From Octopus sinensis (Eukaryota), in the NCBI RefSeq assembly GCF_006345805.1, contig NC_043003.1, positions 18,538,001-18,602,000 on the forward strand: a DNA stretch of 64,000 nt, read 5' to 3'. The notes below the pieces were generated by a model. It saw only the letters and a program-made list of their open reading frames with translations, was not told the DNA's origin and ran no database searches. The translations under genes were made by a program, and so were the position numbers. The stretch's first letter is position 1; each line of letters starts with the position of its first letter. This document shows positions 26,046-38,640 of this stretch, piece by piece.

Positions 26046-26471
26046 AAGAGCCTTTGAAGGTGAGTAAAGTTAAAATAATAATTAAAGACAATGAAAAGAA
26101 AGACGGAAATAAAAACAAAGGAACTGTCACCTTTAACATAGTTAAACATCAAACTGTGTAACAGTGAACACAATGGAATTGTAACTACTAACTAGATTAT
26201 CAGAGAAAGAGTTAAAAATAAAAGTCTTATTGTATTGATCAATACACATGCTGCAGGTGCTATCAAGTGATTGAGTGACTGACTGCTGGCCTGCATATGC
26301 AGCTGCAGAAAGCATAAGAGAGAAATTCTGTCTCTTGATGTTAGTGACTTCTTTTAAAACAAGATTCCATGTTCTCACATTAAATGAATGCTATTTTTTT
26401 TTGTTGTATTTCTAGTTTTTATCATTTATTTAAATTTTCTTCATGTTTATATATGTTTAATTTTTTATGTT

Positions 26472-26533
<62 letters not shown>

Positions 26534-28283
26534 CATATATGTGTGCATGTATAACTGTATGCATGTATGCATTTATTTGTGGGTGTAATATTTTGCTCAC
26601 AAACATAAAAATTCCAAGATTTTTTTTTTTCCTTCTTTTTAATTTAATCACACACTGCCAGAATCAAAGAGCGATCTAATTAGTTAAGCAGGTTGCCGGG
26701 ATTTTAATTTTCTTTTAAAAAGCCAAACTACCCAGAACTACAGCATTATAGGGAGAAGCGTGAACAAGAGAAGAAAGGAAGTTACAGAGGAGAATTATTT
26801 CTGAAATGCTCAAGTTAACAGTTAGAGGGGATGAGCATTATTTTTCCAAAGAATTATCTTTACTCTCACTGAGAAACACACATTCCCTAAGCCAGCAGAG
26901 TTTAATTAGGATTAATCCAACAAGTTCATTTCATTTGGTTGGTTCCATCTTAATATTTTTCCCTAGCAATTTTCACCTTCTACCGAAACGTACACACACA
27001 CACTGAATCTATTTATATTTACTCATAATTAAGTGGAAATAATCACACTCAAGTGAAGGGGGTAAGATACTTCATGTATTGACTACCAGCGTTTCCTAGC
27101 TGGGAATTTACTGAAAACGGTGATGAATAGGTTAATTATAAATCAACCAATAGTGGCCGTTGCCAGCCTCGCCTGGCACAGGTGCCGGTGGCACGTAAAA
27201 AGCACCCATTACACTCATGGAGTGGTTGGTGTTAGGAAGGGCATCCAGCTGTAGAAACACTGTCACATCAGACTGGGCCTGGTGCAGCCTCCTGGCTTCC
27301 CAGACCCCGGTCGAACCGTCCAACCCATGCTAGCATGGAAAGTGGATGTTAAGCGATGAGGATGATGAGGTTGTGTGGTTAAAAAATTCACTTTGAAAAT
27401 ATGAGGTTTTGGGTTCAATCTTACTTTACAGCACCTTTGAGAAGTGTTTTCCATGATGGCCTTTGGAAGATGGAATTTGTAAGGAGCTTTGCCAGCAGGA
27501 CCATTCTTGTTCTTCTGTGGAAGTAGATGTGCTCCATAGCCAGGTACCAAAGGGGGTACTTATCCCTTTGATACCATTAGGGAGGGCCACTCAACAATTC
27601 AGTTGTGAGCATTCAGGTTAGGTGCTCAGTCTGAAAATGACTTTCTCCTACCAATCATGGGTGCTTCATCTCCTCCTTTTGCTTTGATTAAACGATAAAA
27701 AGTTCAAGAAATTCCATGACACTATTACTAATTATTTACATAGGTGCAAACATGGCTGTGTAGTCAAGAAGACCCATTGCACAACACCATGGGTAAGGAT
27801 CTTTTATTATAGCTTAAGGCTGACCAATGCCTTGTGAGTGAATTTGGTAAATGGAAACTTGGTGGAAGCCCATTGCATGTGTATAGATGCATGTGTGGTG
27901 CTTGTTCCCTCACTGCTTGACAACTGGTGTTGGTTTGCTTATGTCCCTGCAACTAGGTTTAGCAAAAGAGTCTGATGAAATAAGTACCAGAGTTAAAATA
28001 AGTATTGGGGATCAATTTGTTTGGCTAAACCCTTAAAAGCAGGGCCCCAGCATGGCTACAATTTAATGAGTAAAACAAGTAAAAGATAATCTGTAGCGGG
28101 AGAGAAACTGTACAACAAATTCTAAAGGAACGACATCAACAATTTATGAAGACACCTGTTTGTTGGATTCCTGTTATAACTAGTGTTCTGAGCAGTCCCA
28201 ATTTATTTCTACTTAATAATCTTAGCATTTTTTTTAAGTGACAAAAAAAAAAAAATTCTTTACATTCTGACAGATGGTTTACG

Positions 28284-28286
<3 letters not shown>

Positions 28287-28325
<39 letters not shown>

Positions 28326-28346
28326 TAATAATAATAATAATAATAA
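28287..28346. repeat. (AAT)n microsatellite
   Basis: Read directly. Confidence 0.95.
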
Positions 28347-29117
28347 AATAGAGAAAGAAATTAAGTCAGTCCAGAATTAAAATTTTATGTGAGTAAGGAA
28401 TTTAAATTTAGATTTAGAAAATAGAAAATATATTTCTACTAAGAACTCAGACACCACAGAAACTATTACAAAAATAATCTATGTCAAAATATTTATGTGT
28501 AAGGAAATACACCTGCTGCCTAAATGAGACAAGTGGCCCAATTATTATGTCTATATCTGTTCTTGTCTATGTATCTATATCTATCTCTCACTTTGTCCAT
28601 CTGACTGTGTGTGTGTGTGTGTGTGTGTGTTGTATAAGACATTTGGATGTACAAATAAAGAAAAAATATACTTGGTGCCTGTTGAATATACGTGTGCAAA
28701 ATGTGCACCAATGATCTGTTACAAAAAAAATTGCTTTGGAGACTGCAATCCTAGATACACTTTGCCTTTGAAAAAAAAAAAAGGATGGTTTTATAACTAG
28801 AATACTTTGGATGAAAGTTCTGCTCAATCAGGGCTGATCTGGTGCTAAACAAAAAAATAATAATAATAATAATAAAATATGCATGATATATTAATATAAA
28901 TGTACTTCATTTTCAAAATCCGAGACTCAGGTAGGTGTCTATACTCTCATTGGCAGATCTTGTGGACATTCGGAACATATTTTAAACATTGACACACACA
29001 CACTCTCTCCTTACATAATTTTAGATAGTTTTCTGACAGAAAAATTTCGTCTTCTCACATATACACACACACAAAGCCTCACTGATACTTATATTCCATG
29101 TTAATTTTACTATAAAT

Positions 29118-29361
29118 CAATGGTTTGCAACCATATTTTGTCTAAGGGCCCCTTTAATTTCTATTTTATTCTACTGGACCCCGATAGCCATTCAATGTTT
29201 AAAAGAATCCTATTTTTCTATAACTAAATATTATTGGGAATCGTTATAAAAAAACAAACAGATTTCTTAAAATATTTTGTATATTGTAGAAATATTGCCA
29301 CTTGAATTGTACATAAACTTTAACAACAAAATCTTATATGGACCCTGGTTAAGGACCACAG
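29118..29361. mobile_element. hAT (Charlie-like) MITE, 244 bp, same family as 55464
   Basis: Degenerate TIR CAATGGTTTGCAACC / GGTTAAGGACCACAG. TSD ctataaat / ttataaat. Body similar to 55464-55739. Confidence 0.8.
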
Positions 29362-30837
29362 TTATAAATAATTATTATCATTATAAACAACATCATCAGC
29401 TACAAACGAGCATCTCTCTTCATCAGTTGTCAGTTTTTCATTACAAGGTCTGAAGTTCATTGGACTGACACCAAATTTTCCTTGCAGCTTTCTCTATTTT
29501 ACTAAAACCTTTTCTGAAATTCTTGATTATTTTCATAATTAATTTAAGGACATAGCCAGTATATTCTATTGAAAAATATGAACTCAGTGTATGACAAAGC
29601 TGTACCTTTGAATTACAGGTGCAATCCATCAGAGGGGCTTCTATAATTTCCATTTACTCAATTTCAGTCACAAGATGTGAGTCGACTCGAGGTTATAGAA
29701 AAATGAAACTGGCCCAAGTGATCAAGCAGTGGGATTGAACCCAGAATCTCATGGTTGCCAAGTGAAGAACATAACCATTTAGTCATACTGCACAGGAAAC
29801 CATCTTTTAAGTCATTAAGCTGTGATGGAAAAAAAAAAAAAGCCACCAGTGACCATAATAGTAAATCTAGCTTTCACCAATATTCACGAAGCTTTTTGTT
29901 TCTTGTGTTAATTTTCTTTTTAAGGAAATTACTTTGCTCATTATTGGACAGAAGAGAAAATATTCTTCTGTTGATGAGTTAAGGTATTATAGTCACTTAT
30001 GAAATACTGGACAAATGCCAAAGCACTGTCTTAAAATATATCTTAAGCTCATTATTATTATTACTACAATCTTCACTGAAATGTTTAGTGAAGTTGAGCT
30101 AAACTGTTAATCCCTTAACAATGGATGTATTTTCTTATTTTCTTTTTTAATTCTTGTCTGATATTTGTGATGAAAGTTTGTCAAAACAAATCACCTTTCA
30201 ATTACTTAAGAGGCAAAAAAGACAATGAAAAAAGATGTCTGTTTAAGCATCAAGATGGCAGTTAGCCAATATGTTGTATTGCATAGCTTAAACTAATGGT
30301 GGCGGTGATAGGGGAGAGGACCTTGACTATCAGCCATCATCACATAAGGTCAAAAGAAATCTCTTCTCTGAGACATACCTCTAACTATTCTCATTTTTTT
30401 TTTCGGTTTTAGCAAGTGCTATCAAATCACAATGCTCAGGTTTTAAGTGACAGATTTGAAAAGTCATGAACACCACTAGCAAACTAAGTATGTATCTATG
30501 TGTAAGTGTGTTGTATCTTAACATTAAAGACCTTGGTGGTGCTGGTGCCGTGTAAAAAGCATCCAGTTCATTCTATAAAGTGGTTGGCATTAGGAAGGGC
30601 ATCTAGCTGTAAAAACTATACCAAACAAATCTCACCTGGGCTGGTGCCATGTAAAAAGCATCAAGGTGTAAAAACCATGCTAAAACAGACAGTGGAGCTT
30701 GGTGTAGTTCTCTGACTTGCAAGTTCCTGTCAAACTATCAAACCCATGCCAGAATGGAAGAGAGACATTAAATGAAGATAGAGTTTCATAGCAGACCAAT
30801 TTTGCCAGGGTAAAACAATTTCCTAATTCAGCTGATG

Positions 30838-30838
30838 C

Positions 30839-30872
<34 letters not shown>

Positions 30873-31302
30873 TAACGATGATTTCAAATTTTGGCACAAG
30901 GCCAGCATTCACTGGTGCTTAAGTTTTTGACCCTGAAAGGATGAAAGGCAAAGTCGACCTTGGCGGAATTGGAACTGGAGCATAAGGACGGATGAAATGC
31001 TGCTAAGCATTTTGCATAGCATGCCAATGATTCTGCCGCCTTAATAGTAATAATAATGGTTTCAAATTTGGCCACAAGGGCAGCCATTTTGCGGGAGGGG
31101 ATGAGTTGATTACATTGATCCCACTGCTGAACTGGTACTTATTTTATCGACCCTGAAAGGATGAAAGGCAAAGTCGACCTCAGTGGAATTTCAACTTGGA
31201 TCAGAGCAACAGGTGAAATACCATTAAGCATTTTGTCTAGCGTGCTAACAATTCTGCCAGCTTGCCTTAACACTAATAATAATAATAATAATAATAATAA
31301 TG
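30838..31302 (-). mobile_element. Two family-A SINEs between (AAT)n tracts
   Basis: gaccctgaaaggatgaaaggcaaagtcgacc occurs twice. Confidence 0.8.
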
Positions 31303-32210
31303 ATAGGTAAAGCCAATAGTCTTTAAATGTTTCTAAAGTTCGTCCAAGTTTTATTAATGTGTAAGTGCATCTTTTGTTATTCCAATTAGAGCTAAACTAA
31401 CGAGTCTGTTATTCAGAGAAAACCCAAACTGAAATACTAATCGCCAATATTCACACATATCCAGACATAAACAAAATGAAATGCAAGTTCAGACAAAAAA
31501 AAAAATAATTATGACTTGTGTTATGTTATAAAGATGTAAACCAGTGCTAAGTTCACTTACAATGCTAAAATAAACAAAAAGAAAATTTTAGAAAAGAGAA
31601 TTGTATTTACTTCTGTTAGACAAAATAATTATAACCAAATAATAATAATTTTTTTCTGTGTCCACACCTAGTCTTTGAGTCAGAAATAAAACAAATATAA
31701 ATCACAAAAAAATATAAAACAATATAAACATGAATTAAAAACTGTAAAAATTAGTTAATGTTTACTGAAAAAGAATTTAAAAAAATACTCCTCCAAAAAA
31801 AAATTCCCCAAAAAATCCCCAGAAATTTCTTGAAGTAAAATGATTAGTTGAGTAAACAAAAAAAAAAATAATTCATATGCACTTTTTGTTTCTTGAAAGT
31901 ATATATTTTGCTGCAAGGCTCCATGCATTAAGATGGCTATAAAAAACTTTAGAAAATGGTGGGAAGGAGGGAGGGAGGGAGGTAAATATAATCGTTCACT
32001 ACTGACATATGTAGATTTATTAGTTGATATCTAAGGGAAAAACATCTTCAAATTTACAATGCTTCATCATCACCATTGCACATTCTGACAATAGTCCAAT
32101 ACCAGAATAAAGGAGACTGGCAATAAATCAGGTGAACCAGTAGGTAACTAAGGGAAGAAATAAGAATCGATAATAAATTTTTTTAAGAAAAAAAAATGGA
32201 AATTATTTAA

Positions 32211-32438
32211 CCCTTTAGCATTCAGATTACTCTGTCAAAAGTAATGTTTATTTATTCACATTGTTTTGAAGTAATCATGCATTATTTATTTAATGGCTTC
32301 AAGATTCCAACGACGTAGTTGTTCATTTTTAAAATGACATTGTAGGGTAGGTGTGAGAGGGAGGTCTGAACCGGTCAGCTTGAACATAAAACAGGTAGAA
32401 TATCTGGGCCTGATATGTCTGGCTTGAATACTAAAGGG
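32211..32438. mobile_element. piggyBac-type MITE (228 bp)
   Basis: TTAA flanks at 32207-32210 and 32439-32442. TIR CCCTTTAGCATT / AATACTAAAGGG. Confidence 0.85.
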
Positions 32439-32670
32439 TTAAAAAAATATTTTTAAAAAAATGTCAAATAAGGAACACTGTAAATATAAAAAGAGAGATG
32501 GCTGCCGTATGACATGTTGTCAAATTGAAGTGGTTATTATTATTGTATTACTGCATCATGGTAATTAAAATGAAGGGATATATTACACAAGCCAAGATGC
32601 AAGGTAAGTGAGTGGGAGAATGAGAGATGAAGAGGGAAGAGAAGTTTCTAGTGACGTGGGCAGTAATTAC

Positions 32671-32760
32671 CTGTGATGCAGAGGAGTCGGTCCCTGTAGC
32701 TAGCTGTGGACTAGAGGACGAGTAGGTGTGCATATGTGCTGCAGACATACCTGCAGGTGC
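32671..32760 (-). CDS. PPFIA: Liprin-alpha symmetric 90-nt exon (phase 0 to 0): APAGMSAAHMHTYSSSSPQLATGTDSSASQ; probable cassette exon
   Basis: Acceptor ctgttctttcatttcag, donor CAG|gtaatt. GC-rich, open in frame, and phase-compatible with both flanking exons. Confidence 0.85.
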
Positions 32761-32907
32761 CTGAAATGAAAGAACAGATATGCAAATTGTATGCCATTCT
32801 GGCCAACATGCTAACTTCGAAGACAGAGAAGTGGGTCAAAGCAGTGAAGGAAAGAATATATGTGTGTGTGTGAATGTATGTATGTGTGTATATATTCTTC
32901 TTTTCTT

Positions 32908-33102
32908 CTTTTACTTGTTTCAGTCATTTGACTGCGGCCATGCTAGAGCACCGCCTTTAGTTGAATAAATCGACCCCGGGACTTATTCTTTGTAAGCCCA
33001 GTACTTATTCTATCGGTCTCTTTTGCCGAACCGCTAAGTGATGGGGACGTAAACACACCAGCAACGGTTGTCAAGCAATGCTAGGGGGACAAACACAGAC
33101 AT

Positions 33103-33137
<35 letters not shown>

Positions 33138-33310
33138 CATATATACGACAGGCTTCTTTCAGTTTCCGTCTACCAAATCCACTCACAAGGCATTGGTCGG
33201 CCCGGGGCTATAGCAGAAGACACTTGCCCAAGATGTCACGCAGTGGGACTGAACCCGGAACCATGTGGTTGGTTAGCAAGCTACTTACCACACAGCCACT
33301 CCTGCGCCTA
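32908..33310 (-). mobile_element. Family-C SINE (about 400 bp, tRNA head, CORE-like ccttgggcaagtgtctt, internal (TA)/(CA) microsatellite)
   Basis: Minus strand reads caggagtggctgtgtggtaag...gggttcagtcccactgcgtg...gactgaaacaagtaaaag. Confidence 0.85.
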
Positions 33311-33324
33311 TATATATATATATT

Positions 33325-34147
33325 ATGTATGTGCAGATCCTTAAAGGACTTGAAGAATTAGGAAGCAAGCATAACTTTTGGATAATGTGACAAAATGTCT
33401 CTGTGTATGTGGAATATTTTCTATATGAATTTTTTTTGTGTGTTGCTGATTACTGGTTAGATATTGCACATTGTTTATGAGGCAATAGCAGGAAAGGCCA
33501 ATAAACACTGCAATTAACATCAAAGGCTGGTTCAATCAGCTATATACCAGCTCTTTAAAACAAGTGAACATTATCATTATGTCTTAAGTACCCCAAACAC
33601 CCATCACAGCAACAAAAAATGCTGATTAAAAGATTGGGAATTATTAAATGTTTCACATACATTAAAGGTGTATGCATGTATCTCTCTCAAATTCTAATGG
33701 TAAAAAATCCAACTTCTCTCTCTCTCATATATATATATATATTATATATATATATATATGTATGTGCAGATCCTTAAAGGACTTGAAGAATTAGGAAGCA
33801 AGCATAACTTTTGGATAATGTGACAAAATGTCTCTGTGTATGTGGAATATTTTCTATATGAATTTTTTTTGTGTGTTGCTGATTACTGGTTAGATATTGC
33901 ACATTGTTTATGAGGCAATAGCAGGAAAGGCCAATAAACACTGCAATTAACATCAAAGGCTGGTTCAATCAGCTATATACCAGCTCTTTAAAACAAGTGA
34001 ACATTATCATTATGTCTTAAGTACCCCAAACACCCATCACAGCAACAAAAAATGCTGATTAAAAGATTGGGAATTATTAAATGTTTCACATACATTAAAG
34101 GTGTATGCATGTATCTCTCTCAAATTCTAATGGTAAAAAATCCAACT

Positions 34148-34180
<33 letters not shown>
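33325..34180. repeat. Apparently exact tandem duplication, 433-bp unit, bounded by (TA)n
   Basis: Identical ORFs at 33341-33535 and 33774-33968; offset 433 throughout. Confidence 0.95.
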
Positions 34181-34181
<1 letters not shown>

Positions 34182-34914
34182 CAAAAGGATCAAAGGTCCT
34201 TCTTGGGTCATAGCTTGTTTCCCAGATTCTGTGGTGTATAAATTACTCTACTGGAGAAGATGCTGGTCCATTTCAGGATAACTCATTTTTGCCAGCTGAG
34301 CAGGCTGGAGCAACATGAAATAAAGTGTTTTGTCTGAGAAACAGTGCATTGCCCAGTCCAGAATTGAAACCACAAACTTACAATCATGAATGTAACACCC
34401 TAGACACCAGGCTACATTCCTCCACAAACACACACATATATGGATGGGTCTCCATTGTTCACTGATGAGAGCTCAGTTGTCCAATCAACTGAAATAGCAT
34501 GTAAGTGGTTGAGTACTCCACAGATACATGTACCCTTAATGTAATTCAGAATCAGCAAGGTACAGGGTGTGACATAGCTCTACCTTTTGAATTACAGGTC
34601 CAATCCAGCTGATGAGCTTCTGTAGTTTCTGTTTCCTCAATTTATCTCTCAAGGTAATAGGTTGATCTGAGACTCTAGAAAATGACATTTGCCCCAGACA
34701 CGACTCAGAGGCAAACTTAAGCATTTAACCATACCACACACGCGCACGCACACACACACACACACTATTGTTGACTGTAGCTAGAGAGCTGTGGTCAAGC
34801 TGGTAACATCGTCAAGAAATTAAATTTCTATTTACATCTTTATCAAATATGACTAGCAAAAGATTTCATCTGAAATTGTTTGAAACTGAGATTTTTTTTT
34901 TTTTTATGTAAAGG

Positions 34915-35218
34915 GTGTGTGGCTTAGTGGTTAGGGTATGAGACTCATAATCGTATGGTTGTGAGTTCTATTCTCAGTGATGCATTGCATCCTTGAGAAA
35001 GACACTATTTCACATTTCTTCAGTTGACTCAACTGACAAAAATGAGCTGTACCAGTAACTCAAAGGGCCAGTCATGTCACATTGAATCTCCTTGAGAACT
35101 ATGTTAAGGTTACATGTGTCTGTGGAGTGCTCAGCCACTTCCACACTAATTTCACAAGGAGGTTGTTCCTTTGGCTAGATCAACAGGAACCCTCGTTATC
35201 ATAACCAACAGAATGCCA
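34915..35218 (+). mobile_element. Family-B SINE, second body type; copies at 22715-23012(+), 25322-25640(+), 29570-29795(-); third body type at 39133-39470(+); head fragments at 1-35(-), 7400-7562(-), 18805-18992(-), 34240-34425(-), 35625-35750(-)
   Basis: Shared ggcttagtggttaggg head; body tgaatctccctgagaact...tctgtggagtgctcagccactt. Confidence 0.75.
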
Positions 35219-35290
35219 GTTAGTTATATTTTTAGTAAAGCTGTATCCAAGTCCATCATGATCCTTAAGACTCTTAAGGTTGGAGATTAA

Positions 35291-35508
35291 CCCTTTCGTT
35301 ACCAACCCAGCTGAAACTGGCCCTGGCTTTGAGTACAAATGTCGTTTTTGTAAGTTTTGAATTAAAATCTTCCACCAAACCTTAGTCACAATCTATGTTC
35401 CTAACACTAGCTCAATGATAACTAAGTTATTTTACTAAATTCTTTGTTATATTTAAAATAATTGAGAGAAACACAAAGCATCTCAAAATAGATACAGTAA
35501 TGAAAGGG
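35291..35508. mobile_element. piggyBac-type MITE (218 bp, second family)
   Basis: TTAA flanks. TIR CCCTTTCGTTAC / GTAATGAAAGGG. Confidence 0.85.
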
Positions 35509-36207
35509 TTAAGTCAGTTTCCTTATTCTATAAGTGACTGAGATTACAACATTCCCTCCTGGATGGGATACCAGCCTGTCACACAGTTAACTTCCTAGCT
35601 ACCTCTAGAACTCATTGACAGCTGAGTGGACTGGAGCAGCATGAAATGAAGTGTTTTACTCAATACAATGCACTGCATGGTCCAGGAATTGAAACCATGA
35701 TCTTTACAATCTTGAGTGCAAGACCCTAACCACTAAGCCAAGCACATTCATAAAGCCATATTTACCACATATTAAACACACACAACAGTTTTATCTATCT
35801 ATCTATTTGCATTCTTATCTCTGACATATTTTCTTAAGAGTCTTTTTCTCTTTCTTTTCTGTGCATGAGTGCTGAAGAGGCTTGATTATTTTTTAGCATC
35901 TTCGTTTTTTTTTTTTTTTTGCCAAATTATTAATGCTCTGATTAATATTCATGTAAATATTAATGTATTATTAAGGTTTCATAAAATTTTTTTATGGACA
36001 TTTAGCAACAGGCTTGAGGCCTCCACATGAGCTGCAGTGGCTCATTATGTGGAATGCAATAATTTTTAAGAACAGTATCAGAACTGATACTAATATCCTG
36101 TGTAGAAGCAATTACACAGGCACCCACAAAATCAAATTAGCTAAGTCTCCTCAAACCAGAGCCTACTGTCTTAAGTAACAAAGAATACATTGAAGAATGT
36201 ACACTCT

Positions 36208-36208
36208 G

Positions 36209-36284
<76 letters not shown>

Positions 36285-36396
36285 ATATAAACAGACAGGA
36301 TGGACATGACCTGAGGCTCAACAACAATATATTTTTTTTTTAACTACATCATTCTGCCAATCATCATACACTTCAGAAGCAAGATGAATGAATGAA

Positions 36397-36442
<46 letters not shown>

Positions 36443-36455
36443 TCATACATATGTG

Positions 36456-36512
<57 letters not shown>
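36208..36512. repeat. Compound (TA)n / (GA)n microsatellites; other long (TA)n at about 14172-14222, 39066-39122, 44614-44650 and 52688-52723
   Basis: Read directly. Confidence 0.95.
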
Positions 36513-36514
<2 letters not shown>

Positions 36515-38039
36515 AATGCACATGCAACAGGTAATGATGTCAAGCAATGCTATTCCACCATTATTGCCGCTGCCACACTATCTATGCAGCAATAATGCAA
36601 TGCCTCTGTTTCAGTACCATATTCAGACGCGTGTGTATTTTGCACAAGGGCAGAGCCTCATTTAAAATCTATCAAGCTCTATTTGGTACAAAGATTTAAT
36701 CATGCGAAGTCACTCAAGTAAGATGTACCTAACAATTTCTCCAAAGAATCTTAATGTCATCATATATGATGATGATGATATATATATAAAATCAAGGTAA
36801 TTTTCCAATTTACCATTGATGATGAAGTTAGCTGGAGAGACAGAGAGTCAGTGATAGTTTTTTAATGTCCCCCTAGACTCTTTTAATATCAAATTTCCAT
36901 ATAGTAGTGTTCAAATAGCTGTTGGTAAGTTGTTAAAAGTGCAGTAGATGTAGATAATAAGAATGTGAGATGGTACTTCTGAAAGTTGTGCTGCTCTGAC
37001 ATACCGTCTATTAATTAGTTATAAAGCTAAATCATTCTTAGATTGTTTAATTAATTTTAATGTATCTATCTCTAAGACAAACACTGGTTTATGTAAACCA
37101 CTGTCGGTCAGTGCATGCATTTAGTGTGAATGTGTATCCATGCATCTATGTGTATGCTTGTGCACCTAAATAATAGTGGTATATGAGAATGTGATTGCTG
37201 AAATATGCTTAAGAATGTTAGCATCATGTTTGAAAATTTGTATCATTTTTTTTTAGAAAAAAAATATTCAATTTACATTTAAAAAAAACTGAAAAAGAAA
37301 AATCAACAAAACTTTCTCATTCCATCCAGTATTACATAGTTAGAGAAGCAAATAGAAATAAGAGTTGTTCCTGAAATGCTTGCAGTTTAGTGTGTATTTG
37401 GTGTGAGGATATATGATGTGTGTGTATGGGCTCAGCATTGGCTGAGCTGTCAAGAAGTTTGCTTAGGTTGAATGTAATTGAGGCATTGTTTAAGTGCTAG
37501 AAACCCTTCCCAATACTAATCGTTACCTGTTTTTCTAGTTAAGGTGTCTCTTACTCCAATGTGATTTTGAATGCATGAAGTGAACAGGCAATTTATTCTT
37601 TTCTACTCTAGGCACAAAGCCCGTAATTTTTGGAGATGGGGCCAGTTGATTAGATCGATTCCAGTATGCAACTGGTACTTAATTTATTGACCCCAAAAGG
37701 ATGAAAGGCAAAATCAACCTCAGTGGAATTTGAACTCAGAATGTAGAGACAGACAAAATACCACTGATGAACAGGCAACTTACTGACAGACCACAATGCA
37801 AGCATTGTGACTTTCAAATAACCTAGTAGCAGCTGTAAACAAGCACACACACACACACAAAAGGCTTAATTTTCACATTCCTAACTACCACATCCACTCA
37901 CATGTCCTTGGTTGACTCAGGGCTGTAGTAAGGCACTTGCCCAAGGTATTGTGCAGAGGGACAGAACCTAAAAACTACATGGTTGGAAAGCAAGCTTCTT
38001 AATCTAAGTCATTATTAACATGTACATTAATAAGATGTG

Positions 38040-38640
38040 TGTGTATAATCTTTTCCTCTAAAACTATGATCCATTTTTCTCTGATAAGTTATTTCATGAC
38101 TCTGCTGGTATGTGAGGTCAGAGAGAGACAGACCTGTAACTTTTTAGCATTTGCTCTATTTCTTCCTATATAGACAAGGCACAGTATGTGTACCATCAAC
38201 TTTTGGAGACATTTTTCACTTGCAAGGAAGCTGTGGAAAATCTCTGAAGTGGTTTAGCTAAAACCTGTCTGCATAATTTTAAGGGAATTGTTGGGAACCC
38301 ATTAGAGCTTGTTACAAAGTTTAAGCTCATTTCATCAATGGCTTATATTGCATCTTTTTTCTTTTATGTCAATAAAATCAATGGGTTTGTGATTTTTCTC
38401 CAGTGTTTATTTATTTGCACATATTCCAACAGGGAAGTGAAAACACTTTTTAATTGATTCACTCAGTATTTCACTAATCTTTCTGGGGTCTCTTTGAAAA
38501 AAGGGCCCTAGGTAATAATGCCCTAAAGTTGATTTCCTTCCTTGTAGAAAGCTTTATGATTTATTTTTATATCTTCATTGATTCTGATTTGCTGCTTTCT
38601 TCACTACATGAGAGTATTTGATATTATTTTCTATTTCTAC
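38040..38640 (-). mobile_element. Decayed CR1-like LINE ORF2 fragment (region just upstream of the RT core)
   Basis: Broken peptides IKINHKAFY, PQKISEILSE, SNGFPTIPLKLCRQVLAKPLQ and KSYRSVSLTSH resemble GPDGFPAILLK.C...LAKPL and KNYRPVSLTSH. Confidence 0.7.

Noticed and set aside
33341-33968. Two identical 64-aa ORFs
   Set aside because: By-product of the 433-bp duplication; no start context, splice support or homology.
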